The position numbers and the translations under genes were made by a program. Below are positions 25,842 to 35,006 of a DNA stretch of 64,000 bases, one piece after another; position 1 is the stretch's first letter; the number at the start of each line of letters is the position of its first letter. Source of the stretch: a virus. The notes beneath the pieces are model-generated. The model had not been told where the DNA came from. It worked only from the letters and a program-made list of their open reading frames with translations, and made no database searches. The stretch lies in the IMG/VR virus record IMGVR_UViG_3300045988_098681. One strand, 5' to 3'.

Positions 25842-26462
25842 ATGAATAATGATTGGATTGGAAATGCGAAAAGTGCATTTGTTTGTAACGGTGCAAGTAA
25901 CCACTCGGAAGCAGAAAGACAAAATGAAGATTATTATGCTACAGAGCCTAAAGCGGTGGAATTGTTGTTGGAGCAAGAAATTTTTTCGCCGTATGTATGG
26001 GAATGTGCTTGTGGTGAAGGGCATATATCAGAAGTACTCAAACAACATGGATATAAAGTTAAATCGACAGATATTATTGACAGAGGGTATGCAGATACGG
26101 AAGTTCAAAATTTTTTTAATATCACAGAAGAAACTCTAAAATACGATTTTCCAAGAGACATTATTACAAATCCTCCTTACAAATTTGCACAAAAGTTTGT
26201 TGAACATGCCCTTGAGATTTCAATGGACGGTACGAAAGTAGCTATGTTCTTAAAGTTGACATTTCTTGAAAGTAAAGCAAGGAAGAAAATGTTTGAAAAA
26301 TATCCACCTAAAGTTGTGTATGTATCATCGTCAAGACTTCAATGTGCTAAGAATGGGGATTTCGATACTTATAAACAAGGTGTTGGTACGGCGATTGCCT
26401 ATGCGTGGTATGTATGGGAAAAGGGATTCGTAGGCGATCCAATTATTAAATGGATAAATTGA
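25842..26462 (+). CDS. N6-adenine DNA methyltransferase (NPPY type, orphan)
   Basis: motif I ECACGEGH, motif IV ITNPPY. Confidence 0.7.
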   Translation: MNNDWIGNAKSAFVCNGASNHSEAERQNEDYYATEPKAVELLLEQEIFSPYVWECACGEGHISEVLKQHGYKVKSTDIIDRGYADTEVQNFFNITEETLKYDFPRDIITNPPYKFAQKFVEHALEISMDGTKVAMFLKLTFLESKARKKMFEKYPPKVVYVSSSRLQCAKNGDFDTYKQGVGTAIAYAWYVWEKGFVGDPIIKWIN

Positions 26463-26476
26463 GTAAGGAGTAACTA

Positions 26477-27254
26477 ATGAATACTAAAGCACTCAAGGAG
26501 CAACTGAATACAGATAATATAATTGAACTATGGGTTGATATAAGTGGATATGACGGTGATTATCAAATCAGTAGTTTTGGTCGAGTAAAAAGCAAGAAGG
26601 GTAATACCGAAAAAATATTAAATAATAATATAGACGGAAGGGGATATAATTTTGTAATTTTATGTAAGAATGGAATAAAAAAAACATATCGTATTCATAG
26701 ATTAGTTGGAATCTATTTTATACCAAATCCTCATAATTACCCTTGCCTTAATCATAAAGATGAAGATAAGACAAATAATCATATCTCTAATTTAGAATGG
26801 TGTACATATAAATATAATGCTAATTATGGAACAAAAAATGTCAAGACTTAAAAAATCATTAAAAAAATCAACAAAAAATAAAAAACAAGTAGTACAATAT
26901 GATATGCAAGGGAATATTGTAAATAAATACAATGGGATTAGAGAAGCAGGTAGAATAACAAATACACAAAAATCAGCCATATCATCGTGTTGTAAGGGAA
27001 AAAGTATAACTGCTAATGGCTATGTATGGAGATATGAAGAAGATGATTTTGATAAATTTCCATATGAATTTACACAGAAAATAACGGTTTATCAATATGA
27101 TAAATATTGGAATTTTATTGCAAAATTCGATTCTATAACACAAGCCTCAATAGTTACGGGGTGTGATAACTCTTGTATTACTAGATGTTGTAAAGGAATA
27201 CAAAAAACTTCTTTGGGATATAGGTGGAGTTATGATAGACGCAACGAAACTTAA
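26477..27254 (+). pseudogene. free-standing HNH (NUMOD4 + HNH_3 + NUMOD1-like) homing endonuclease split by a frame change
   Basis: ORF 26477-26851 has WVDISGYDGDYQISSFGRVKS and HRLV...NHKDEDKTNNHISNLEW; overlapping +1-frame ORF 26817-27254 has two IREAGRITN.../ITQASIVTG... helix-turn-helix repeats; junction lies in an A-rich tract ~26830-26870. Confidence 0.6.
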
Positions 27255-28302
27255 AAAAACTTTAGATACAAATGATATTATTCTAATTATTGAAAGTCTT
27301 GGTGGTGAGGTAAGAGATAGAGGAAATAACTATATTATTTTTACTTGTATTTGCTGTAAACTTCACCCCGAAGAACATAAAGCAAAGTTGTATTATTATA
27401 TTGATTCTAAGCGTTTCTATTGCTATAAAGAAGGTCAATCATATGATATATTCTCGCTCATTGAGGAAGTTTGGAATTTACGTGATATTGAGTTCTATTT
27501 TGGCGATATAGTCAATTTTATAACAAGCACCCTTGGTATCTCACAATCCGGCTTTAACTCAAAACAAAACCTGTCATGGAGAGATGACTTGCGCTTATTC
27601 ACTACCACCAAAACTATGGCAAAACACGCACAAATCTACCCTCTAAGCGACTTAAATCGTTTTGTCGATAAATTACCCTATGAGTGGATAAAAGAGGGTA
27701 TAAGCGTAGATACCATGCGTAAATACCATATAGGTTACTATCCGCTACTTGATTGCACGACTATACCCGTATTCGATAAAGAGGGTGAATTATTGGGTAT
27801 AAGGGGCAGGTTTTGGAGAGAAGAGGATATTGGGCTTGGTAAGTATCAACCGATATGGACGCTTGAAAGGGATTATAAGTTGCCGACTAGTAACTTGTTA
27901 TATGGGTTATACCAAAACCAAGATGTGATCAAAACAACACATGAAGTTAAACTCTTTGAGGGAGAAAAGTCTGTGATGCAAATGGAGGGCATACTTGAAC
28001 AGAATAATGCAGTAGCTATGTTCGGGTGCAATTTGAGTAAAATGCAGCTTCAACAGCTTATTGAACTAGAGGTGGAAAGGTATGTGATTTGCTTGGATAA
28101 GTGGGGGAGTGAGGACGATAAAGCAAGATGGCGAAAGGATGTTGATAAAATTGTAAAAATGTGCAAACCTTATGGTGAAGTTGTTGTTGTAGAAGATAAT
28201 GGAATGTTAGATTGGAAAGATTCCCCTAGTGATAAGGGGAGGGAAGTATGGGAGGAATTGTATAAAAATTCTCTTGACAAAACAAGCCCCAAAACAATAT
28301 AA
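27232..28302 (+). CDS. dnaG: DnaG-type DNA primase
   Basis: Zn-ribbon CICCKLH...C; TOPRIM-like FEGEKSVMQ and ICLDKWGSEDD; ATG after GGTGGAG. Confidence 0.75.
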   Translation: MIDATKLKKTLDTNDIILIIESLGGEVRDRGNNYIIFTCICCKLHPEEHKAKLYYYIDSKRFYCYKEGQSYDIFSLIEEVWNLRDIEFYFGDIVNFITSTLGISQSGFNSKQNLSWRDDLRLFTTTKTMAKHAQIYPLSDLNRFVDKLPYEWIKEGISVDTMRKYHIGYYPLLDCTTIPVFDKEGELLGIRGRFWREEDIGLGKYQPIWTLERDYKLPTSNLLYGLYQNQDVIKTTHEVKLFEGEKSVMQMEGILEQNNAVAMFGCNLSKMQLQQLIELEVERYVICLDKWGSEDDKARWRKDVDKIVKMCKPYGEVVVVEDNGMLDWKDSPSDKGREVWEELYKNSLDKTSPKTI

Positions 28303-28303
28303 T
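28274..28303 (+). promoter_or_regulatory. sigma-A-type promoter inside the primase 3' end
   Basis: TTGACA - 18 nt - TATAAT. Confidence 0.5.
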
Positions 28304-28325
28304 ATACATTAGAAAGGAGGACGCA

Positions 28326-29030
28326 ATGTATATTATATCAAATTTAGATGAAACAAAATTTATTACACTTGATGCGTTTGGTAAATTTACTTGGAATACG
28401 AACAAGTCCAATGCCTGTCACTATACAAAAGCAAAGGCACAAAACGTAATCAATAATTGTCTAACCAAACCGACAACTAATTACAAAGTTTTGGAACACA
28501 TAGAGCCGATTGTAGAGAATCAACAAACTGCAATCGACTCTATTGAAAACATTACCAAAACACATATTATGGATTGTGATTGGGACAAAAAGCTTGAGTT
28601 TGATGTGATACAAAGCGCAATTAGCTACAAATCTATGCTAAACAGTCTTGAGAACGAGAAAATTTTGCTCAACAACAAACTAATTATACTTTCAAGAGCT
28701 ATGGTAGACTTATACCACTACAAAGAGTTAAACAACAAATTGTCAGCAATTACAATATGTAGGTTACATAAGTTTGAGGTTGGTGTACTCACTAAGCGCA
28801 GAGAATGCAAAGATAGGTTGTTCTTTGTGGATAGGTTACTTGATGAGTTACATGGCAAGGACACACAACGAGACATTGACACTTTTTTAAATACACACCA
28901 TGAATATCGAGTTCGAGTGCTTGATGGGCTATTTGAATCTAATAATATCGGAGATTTTGATGAGTGGTGGAAAAATGTATTAGAAGGGAGAGGGCATGAA
29001 AATAAAGCAACTAGTTCCACAACTGAATAA
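28326..29030 (+). CDS. hypothetical protein
   Basis: AAAGGAGGA RBS. Confidence 0.65.
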   Translation: MYIISNLDETKFITLDAFGKFTWNTNKSNACHYTKAKAQNVINNCLTKPTTNYKVLEHIEPIVENQQTAIDSIENITKTHIMDCDWDKKLEFDVIQSAISYKSMLNSLENEKILLNNKLIILSRAMVDLYHYKELNNKLSAITICRLHKFEVGVLTKRRECKDRLFFVDRLLDELHGKDTQRDIDTFLNTHHEYRVRVLDGLFESNNIGDFDEWWKNVLEGRGHENKATSSTTE

Positions 29031-30699
29031 GGATACATTTGCCGACGATTACTTTCGAGCGTGTGGGATTGAGGATGTTGACGAGTTCAAAGAGCCTGTT
29101 GGAAAGTATGTTGGTGATATAAGAGAGTATAGTGCAATACAAAGAAAAGTTGAATTGTTTAAGGAAAAACTTGACGAGATTGTGAAAAATAATAAAAAAG
29201 TGATTATTGTACAAGATGTAGATGTAGACGGAATATGTTCTGCAACACTTACCTACAATATGTTGAGATGGTATGGCATTAAACATTCCAATATTATTAC
29301 TCTTCTTCATTCAGATAAGACGCATGGACTTACACCCGAAATTATGAAACAACTTAAAACTTATATGACCCCTTTCAACTTTGATATACGCATGGTTATT
29401 ATCCCAGATGCAGGAAGTAATGACATTGAACAAATTGAGGAACTTGTCAACGTATATCGTACAATGGTAGTAGTTCTCGATCACCATGAAGTTGACAAGT
29501 CAAACTTAGGCAAGTTGGATTCGCTTCAAAGACAACCAAACTTTATCATTATTAACAACCAACTCGAACGAAGAACCAATAAAAGCTTATGTGGAACAGG
29601 TGTAGTATTTAAGTTTTGGCAAGCGTTGTGTATGGATTTTAATGATGATGAATATTCTTATTATCTTGACCTTGTAGCACTTGCAAACATAGCTGATGTT
29701 ATGGATATGCGTAATCTCGAAAACATTGTATTCAATAAGTGGGGCTTGTGGAAAGGTGTGATAAACCCATTCTTGCGAGCTTTGTGCGAAAAGTATTGTA
29801 AAAAGACTAATGGCATTACGCCGGAAGATATTGCATGGAATATTGCACCAAAACTCAATGCTGTATGCAGGTCTAGTGACGAATGGATTAAGAATTATGT
29901 GTTATCAGCATTTTGCGAGGTTGTGGATAACTACGATGAGGCAATTAAGGGTATCGAGCGTTGTTATAGATATCAACGAGAAACTTGTAAAAAAATGTAC
30001 GAAAAGCTCATTTCAAAGCAAAATCCACAAGATAATTACGGGAAAGTCGTTATTAAATTTTGTGAGAATACTCCATATACAGGTCTAGTTGCCAATAAAC
30101 TTATGGAATATTATAACAAACCTGTGTTACTTGTGCATGAAAATGGTAGTAAATACACAGGCTCGTGTCGTAGTCCCATCCCGATTCGTGAACAAGTCGC
30201 AGCTTTCCCCGATATTGTATTTGCTCAAGGACATGAACACGCATTTGGGGTATGTTGGAAGAAAAAGGATACCAAAATGTTAGTTGATTACTTAGAGTCG
30301 CTTGAACTTGATTATGACCAAGAACAAGTTGTTACATCAATCCTTGACCCATCAAACATTCCAACGTGGCTTTTTGGAGTCACAGAACAATATGCTCGAT
30401 GTTGGGGAACAGGGGTTAAAGCCCCACAATTTTATATCCCACGCATTAGAATTAGTTCAAAAGACATTCGAGAGCTTGGTAATGGCAATACACTTAAATT
30501 CAAGTACAAAGACGTAGAATACGTCAAATTTTTCGCCTCCCACAATGATAAGGAGGCTCTAGCAATCGGCAAGAATAAGCCGTTAATCATAGATTTAATA
30601 GGTAGCCTTGGGGTAAACGAATATAGAGGTAATACAACACTCCAAGTTAAAATAGACAAGTTTGAGATTTTAGAAGAAAGGTGGGAGGATATATGGTAA
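28996..30699 (+). CDS. RecJ-like DHH-family ssDNA exonuclease
   Basis: DHH motifs VQDVDVDG, IIPDAG, VLDHHE. Confidence 0.75.
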   Translation: MKIKQLVPQLNKDTFADDYFRACGIEDVDEFKEPVGKYVGDIREYSAIQRKVELFKEKLDEIVKNNKKVIIVQDVDVDGICSATLTYNMLRWYGIKHSNIITLLHSDKTHGLTPEIMKQLKTYMTPFNFDIRMVIIPDAGSNDIEQIEELVNVYRTMVVVLDHHEVDKSNLGKLDSLQRQPNFIIINNQLERRTNKSLCGTGVVFKFWQALCMDFNDDEYSYYLDLVALANIADVMDMRNLENIVFNKWGLWKGVINPFLRALCEKYCKKTNGITPEDIAWNIAPKLNAVCRSSDEWIKNYVLSAFCEVVDNYDEAIKGIERCYRYQRETCKKMYEKLISKQNPQDNYGKVVIKFCENTPYTGLVANKLMEYYNKPVLLVHENGSKYTGSCRSPIPIREQVAAFPDIVFAQGHEHAFGVCWKKKDTKMLVDYLESLELDYDQEQVVTSILDPSNIPTWLFGVTEQYARCWGTGVKAPQFYIPRIRISSKDIRELGNGNTLKFKYKDVEYVKFFASHNDKEALAIGKNKPLIIDLIGSLGVNEYRGNTTLQVKIDKFEILEERWEDIW

Positions 30700-31025
30700 A
30701 AATGGAATGGAAGAAATTTTTAGCTTGCATGGAACACATTAAAAAGTGGAGTGATACAATAGATGATCTCTATGATAATTACAACGTAGACCTTGCTGAT
30801 TTGTCGGTCAACTTCATTATGGACGATTTGGTTGATATGTTAGAACTAAACCTTGGTGATAAATTTGAAACAATTTCTTGGTGGTGTTGGGAAGTTGATT
30901 TTGGAAGAAGAAAAGATGGATTTACACAAATTGAAAGAGAAGATGGCAAGGTTGCCAATATTGACTCAATTAGAAAACTTTGGGATTTTTTGAATGATGA
31001 GGAGGATATATGGGAAACGAAGTAA
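30693..31025 (+). CDS. hypothetical protein (paralogue of next gene)
   Basis: GGTGGGAGGA RBS; ...SWWCWEVDFG...IRKLWDFL. Confidence 0.55.
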   Translation: MVKMEWKKFLACMEHIKKWSDTIDDLYDNYNVDLADLSVNFIMDDLVDMLELNLGDKFETISWWCWEVDFGRRKDGFTQIEREDGKVANIDSIRKLWDFLNDEEDIWETK

Positions 31026-31312
31026 TAAAAAAGTACGTCAATGTTGAACGAGAGCTTTACTTTTGCGAGTTCAAGCGTATCCTAGATAATATGAAAGCCC
31101 TTTGGCTAACAATCGACCAAGCAGAACAGTGCGGTATCTCACTTGATGGAAGGCAATTTCGAGATGGTATGAGCGATATGCTCCTTATGCTCGCAACACT
31201 ACTCAAAGACAAAGACAATTTGCTCCCATACTTTTGTTGGGAAGAGTGCTTTGGTGAAGTAGAAGGTTGCCCAGATACAATCGAAACCCTATGGAACGAA
31301 TTAACAAAATAG
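31010..31312 (+). CDS. hypothetical protein (paralogue of previous gene)
   Basis: GAGGAGGA RBS; ...YFCWEECFG...IETLWNEL. Confidence 0.55.
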   Translation: MGNEVIKKYVNVERELYFCEFKRILDNMKALWLTIDQAEQCGISLDGRQFRDGMSDMLLMLATLLKDKDNLLPYFCWEECFGEVEGCPDTIETLWNELTK

Positions 31313-31327
31313 AAAGTAGGCAAAACT

Positions 31328-31528
31328 ATGAAGAGAAAAGTAAGATTTTTAGTAGACCATGTAGACTTAGACCTTGATGTTGCAGTTTGCGAAAATGGTC
31401 AGGAGGAAGAAGTTGAGGTTATTGACGATGGCATCATGTTCCAAAGATGGGTAGAGCGTGAAAAGGTAGAGATTTGGTATCAATTTCCTGCTTTAGAAGA
31501 GGGCATTTCTTACGAGTTTATTGACTAG
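31328..31528 (+). CDS. hypothetical protein
   Basis: 66-aa ORF. Confidence 0.5.
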   Translation: MKRKVRFLVDHVDLDLDVAVCENGQEEEVEVIDDGIMFQRWVEREKVEIWYQFPALEEGISYEFID

Positions 31529-31536
31529 GAGGGCTT

Positions 31537-32934
31537 ATGAACAGTAAAGTCCTTAAAAAAGGATATATCGAGTTTTGTGGGCATAATGCAACAGAAGTTA
31601 CGGGTTCGGCTAATTTAGTTAAGTTCCTAAACTATAATGTTCTTGTAGATTATGGTATGAGACAAACTGGCAACGAGGCAGATGACCATATTATCAACTT
31701 CAAGCGACATAAATCAATCAAACCTAAAAAACTCGATGCAATCATTCTAACACATGCCCATATAGACCATAGTGGATTGATACCAAAGTTGTATTCAGAG
31801 GGGGCAGATTGTCCTCTCTTTATCCCTCATGGCTCTAAGGGCTTACTTACACTTATGTGGCAAGATAGTGTAAAGATTTTCGTTCAAGACTATGAGAGAT
31901 ATGGCATGAATCCACTCTATATGCAAAGCGATATTGACAATACTTTAGCCCATGTTGTAGAGTGTGATTTATATGATAAATGCACTATCAATGATAATAT
32001 CTCATTTACTTATATCAATGCTCAACATATAGTGCTTGCAAGACAAGTATTTATGGAACTTACCGATGGGGTAAATACGCATAAAGTTGGGTTCACAGGG
32101 GATATTAGTAATTACAAGTACAGGTATTGGCTCGATGACTTAGACAAGCTGCCAAAGTGCGATATTGTGGTTGGGGAATGTACTTACGCTAATCCCAAAC
32201 GTGTTCATAAGAAAAAAGACAGAGATAGCGACCTTAAAAAAATCGACACAGCTATACAATATGCTCTTGAAAATGGCTCAAAAGTCATTATGCCAACATT
32301 CTCTTTGAATCGTATGCAAGATATGTTGGCTATGTTATATGAGCATTTTGATGGAGAAAGCCCAATTAAAATATTGGTTGATTCGCCCCTTGGTATGAGC
32401 ATTTCTAGGTTATGGGGTGGGTTGATAGATAGAGATTTAGACCTATGGCGCAGGATTTGTGAGTGGGAAGATGTGTATTACATTGATGATTTTAAGGATA
32501 GTGTGCATTTTAGTAAAGTAAAAGAGCCTATGCTTATCTTGGCAGGTGGAGGTATGCTTAGTGGTGGTCGTGCAAGATATTGGTGTAAAGAGTGTTTATC
32601 TGACAAGGATAATTACATTGTATTTACAGGTTATTCGACTCCTGATTCACCCGCAGGTCAAATCAAGTCCGGCAAGCTAAGAGAAATTAAACTTGATGGA
32701 AAATTAGTAAAGACAAACGCTAAAGTAATCACCCTAAACTCTCTAAGCTCTCACTGTGACCATAACGAACTAATGGATTACTATACTACCATTGGATACA
32801 ATAAACTCTATCTTGTACATGGCAACCAAGAGGATAAACTTAACTTTGCAAATGAGCTAAAAGAGCGATTGTCAAAAGAGTCCAAAACATGTAAAGTAAT
32901 TGCGACAACGAATGATACAAAAGCGCATTTATAG
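31537..32934 (+). CDS. metallo-beta-lactamase / beta-CASP family nuclease
   Basis: THAHIDHSG (HxHxDH) plus downstream beta-CASP-length C-terminal half. Confidence 0.75.
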   Translation: MNSKVLKKGYIEFCGHNATEVTGSANLVKFLNYNVLVDYGMRQTGNEADDHIINFKRHKSIKPKKLDAIILTHAHIDHSGLIPKLYSEGADCPLFIPHGSKGLLTLMWQDSVKIFVQDYERYGMNPLYMQSDIDNTLAHVVECDLYDKCTINDNISFTYINAQHIVLARQVFMELTDGVNTHKVGFTGDISNYKYRYWLDDLDKLPKCDIVVGECTYANPKRVHKKKDRDSDLKKIDTAIQYALENGSKVIMPTFSLNRMQDMLAMLYEHFDGESPIKILVDSPLGMSISRLWGGLIDRDLDLWRRICEWEDVYYIDDFKDSVHFSKVKEPMLILAGGGMLSGGRARYWCKECLSDKDNYIVFTGYSTPDSPAGQIKSGKLREIKLDGKLVKTNAKVITLNSLSSHCDHNELMDYYTTIGYNKLYLVHGNQEDKLNFANELKERLSKESKTCKVIATTNDTKAHL

Positions 32935-32943
32935 GAGGTTCTT

Positions 32944-33030
32944 ATGTTTGGTGTAGGATTTGCTTGTGGCGTGATTATCACACTAATTGCCATTTATGTA
33001 TTTCCATTTGATGATGGAGATGGCGTATAA
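32944..33030 (+). CDS. possible 28-aa membrane peptide
   Basis: TAGGAGGT RBS; MFGVGFACGVIITLIAIYVFPFDDGDGV. Confidence 0.3.
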   Translation: MFGVGFACGVIITLIAIYVFPFDDGDGV

Positions 33031-33043
33031 AAAAATTAAAAAA

Positions 33044-33069
33044 TAGGGAAAGTTTTTTAACTTTCCCTA
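33044..33069 (+). promoter_or_regulatory. 11-bp stem hairpin abutting a promoter -35
   Basis: TAGGGAAAGTT-TTTT-AACTTTCCCTA; no T-run after it, so the terminator role is uncertain. Confidence 0.4.
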
Positions 33070-33098
33070 TTGACATATATAGCTTCTTGTGATAAGAT
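33070..33098 (+). promoter_or_regulatory. sigma-A-type promoter
   Basis: TTGACA - 17 nt - TAAGAT. Confidence 0.55.
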
Positions 33099-33132
33099 AT
33101 AGAAAACAAAGAAAACCGAAAGGAGAAAAGTC

Positions 33133-33303
33133 ATGCTGACATCACAAAAAGAAGTTATTGAGGTATTATGGAAATTGGAGCAAGAGTATTTTGATAAAAT
33201 GATTTGTGCGATTCAAAAAGACCACAAGCCACTAGAAGAAAAATATAAGAACAAGTGTGACGCTATTGCTATAGCAAGAGCAGAGATTGCAGAAATGAGG
33301 TGA
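33133..33303 (+). CDS. hypothetical protein (56 aa)
   Basis: not in track; AAGGAGAA RBS. Confidence 0.45.
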   Translation: MLTSQKEVIEVLWKLEQEYFDKMICAIQKDHKPLEEKYKNKCDAIAIARAEIAEMR

Positions 33304-33307
33304 GAAT

Positions 33308-33544
33308 ATGTTTGCACAAATTGTTATGGGTATTGTTGGGCTATTATGGATTTTCCCATTTATATGGTTCGCATTTGGTGAAGAAAATACTTGGTGGGTG
33401 ATGAGCTTGATTATATCAATCGGTGCAATCATAGCCCTCACAGGATTAACCAAAGTTTTTGATGCTATTGACAAAGAAACAAGAACAAAAGGTAATGACG
33501 TATTCTATCTATATGACTATACAGATTTGTGGGGTGATAAATAA
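33308..33544 (+). CDS. small membrane protein
   Basis: two TM spans. Confidence 0.55.
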   Translation: MFAQIVMGIVGLLWIFPFIWFAFGEENTWWVMSLIISIGAIIALTGLTKVFDAIDKETRTKGNDVFYLYDYTDLWGDK

Positions 33545-33864
33545 TGTTTATGTTTTTATGTGTATTGTTTATCATTATTCCTGCATTTATAGATTACGCG
33601 TTACTTAGAGACTTACCAAATGCTTGGGTTATGTTCGCAACACTTGGGTTTTGGCTAGTTGTAGTAATAGCATTTTCTATCTCTAGGATTTGCAAGAAAG
33701 AACAGCTAGAAAAGCAACAAGAGCTTGCAAGAGAAGAAATTATGCGTCAACAAGAGGAACAAGCTAGAAGGATAAAAGAAGAACGAGAAAGGGTTAAAGA
33801 AAGAAACAAAGCAGAAAGACCTAAGAACGACAGATTTGTTATGAGGGAGGATAAAAATGTTTAG
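33544..33864 (+). CDS. membrane protein with charged coiled C-terminus
   Basis: two TM spans then E/R/K-rich tail. Confidence 0.55.
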   Translation: MFMFLCVLFIIIPAFIDYALLRDLPNAWVMFATLGFWLVVVIAFSISRICKKEQLEKQQELAREEIMRQQEEQARRIKEERERVKERNKAERPKNDRFVMREDKNV

Positions 33865-34117
33865 AGACGAAAGAATGTTTTGTTTATATAAGATTAAAGG
33901 TTTAGACAACAAACCTAAACACGAACAATGGGTTGGTAAGAAAGGCTATATCTTAGGAATTGTATTGGCAGGCACAAGATTAGACTTCTTGATTGCCAAC
34001 ACTAATGAACTTTTAACCACATCGACTATCATAGATTTTGAACTCACACCAAATGGATACATCATCGAAACCGAAAATAGCATCTATTACTTTGAGGAGG
34101 TTGAAAATGTTGTATAA
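33857..34117 (+). CDS. hypothetical protein (tandem paralogue A)
   Basis: GAGGGAGGA RBS; ends ...ETENSIYYFEEVENVV. Confidence 0.55.
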   Translation: MFRDERMFCLYKIKGLDNKPKHEQWVGKKGYILGIVLAGTRLDFLIANTNELLTTSTIIDFELTPNGYIIETENSIYYFEEVENVV

Positions 34118-34391
34118 GATTGGCAAGATTACAACACATGATGGGGTGGATAAGGTTGATAAAGATTCACTCAATCGCCTTGGCAGAGTAGGAGAAGTTG
34201 AGATTTGCGAGTCCAATTTATTCGATTGTGAATACATGTTATTTAAACCAAATAACGATCCTGCTCGATCATCATATGAAGGCTTTACTACGAGTGGCAT
34301 TTTAAGGATTGTCAATGGTGATAATATGAAAGTTATTGTAACGGAAAACAGTGTTTATGTATTATACGAGGTGGAAGAAAATGTTGCTTAA
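34107..34391 (+). CDS. hypothetical protein (tandem paralogue B)
   Basis: GAGGAGGT RBS; ends ...VTENSVYVLYEVEENVA. Confidence 0.55.
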   Translation: MLYKIGKITTHDGVDKVDKDSLNRLGRVGEVEICESNLFDCEYMLFKPNNDPARSSYEGFTTSGILRIVNGDNMKVIVTENSVYVLYEVEENVA

Positions 34392-34635
34392 ATTTAAAGG
34401 ATCGAAAGGTTGGCGAGATATAAAGAGCAGTGTTAAAACTGTACATGAGGCTTATAGGCTAATCAATGATGACCTAAGAGAAAATTACCCCCATTTTACT
34501 AGTTACTATAAACGAACATGGATGGAAGATGGGCGATTAAAATTTGATGTAGGCGATTATAGTTGTTTTTATTATTTGGAACTTGAGGAGGGAGAAGAAT
34601 GGGAAAACGTGGTGCAGGAATCACTGTTAAGGTAA
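34381..34635 (+). CDS. hypothetical protein
   Basis: GAGGTGGAAG RBS. Confidence 0.55.
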   Translation: MLLKFKGSKGWRDIKSSVKTVHEAYRLINDDLRENYPHFTSYYKRTWMEDGRLKFDVGDYSCFYYLELEEGEEWENVVQESLLR

Positions 34636-35006
34636 AAAAACCATTTCATAACGAAAGTTATTTTGCCAATATGTCATATTATTTTTGTGGAGATTTAGTT
34701 CCACAAGATGAAGAATTTGATATATGCTATTGGGAAAAGAAAGATGACATTGTAGAGCAAATTTGGAATAAATTAGAAAGCAGACCAGATTATTTTACAA
34801 ATACGGTAAGTGGTAAACATGTAGCAAAATTAGGTGTAAGTGAAATTGGGGATATTTTAAGTGTTTTATTTGAATCGTTATGCACAGATTGGGTACAAAC
34901 AGAAAATTCATTCTGGTGGACGAAAAAACAGATTTGTTCACTTGTGTATGTTGAAACTTTGTTAAATCAAGGTTTGGTTGAGGTAGAATGGTATGATTGG
35001 ATATAA
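34599..35006 (+). CDS. hypothetical protein
   Basis: GAGGAGGGAG RBS. Confidence 0.55.
   Translation: MGKRGAGITVKVKKPFHNESYFANMSYYFCGDLVPQDEEFDICYWEKKDDIVEQIWNKLESRPDYFTNTVSGKHVAKLGVSEIGDILSVLFESLCTDWVQTENSFWWTKKQICSLVYVETLLNQGLVEVEWYDWI

Noticed and set aside
33044-33069. Intrinsic terminator call for the 11-bp hairpin
   Set aside because: No U-tract follows on the + strand and there is no minus-strand gene to terminate. I kept it only as a hairpin adjoining the 33070 promoter.
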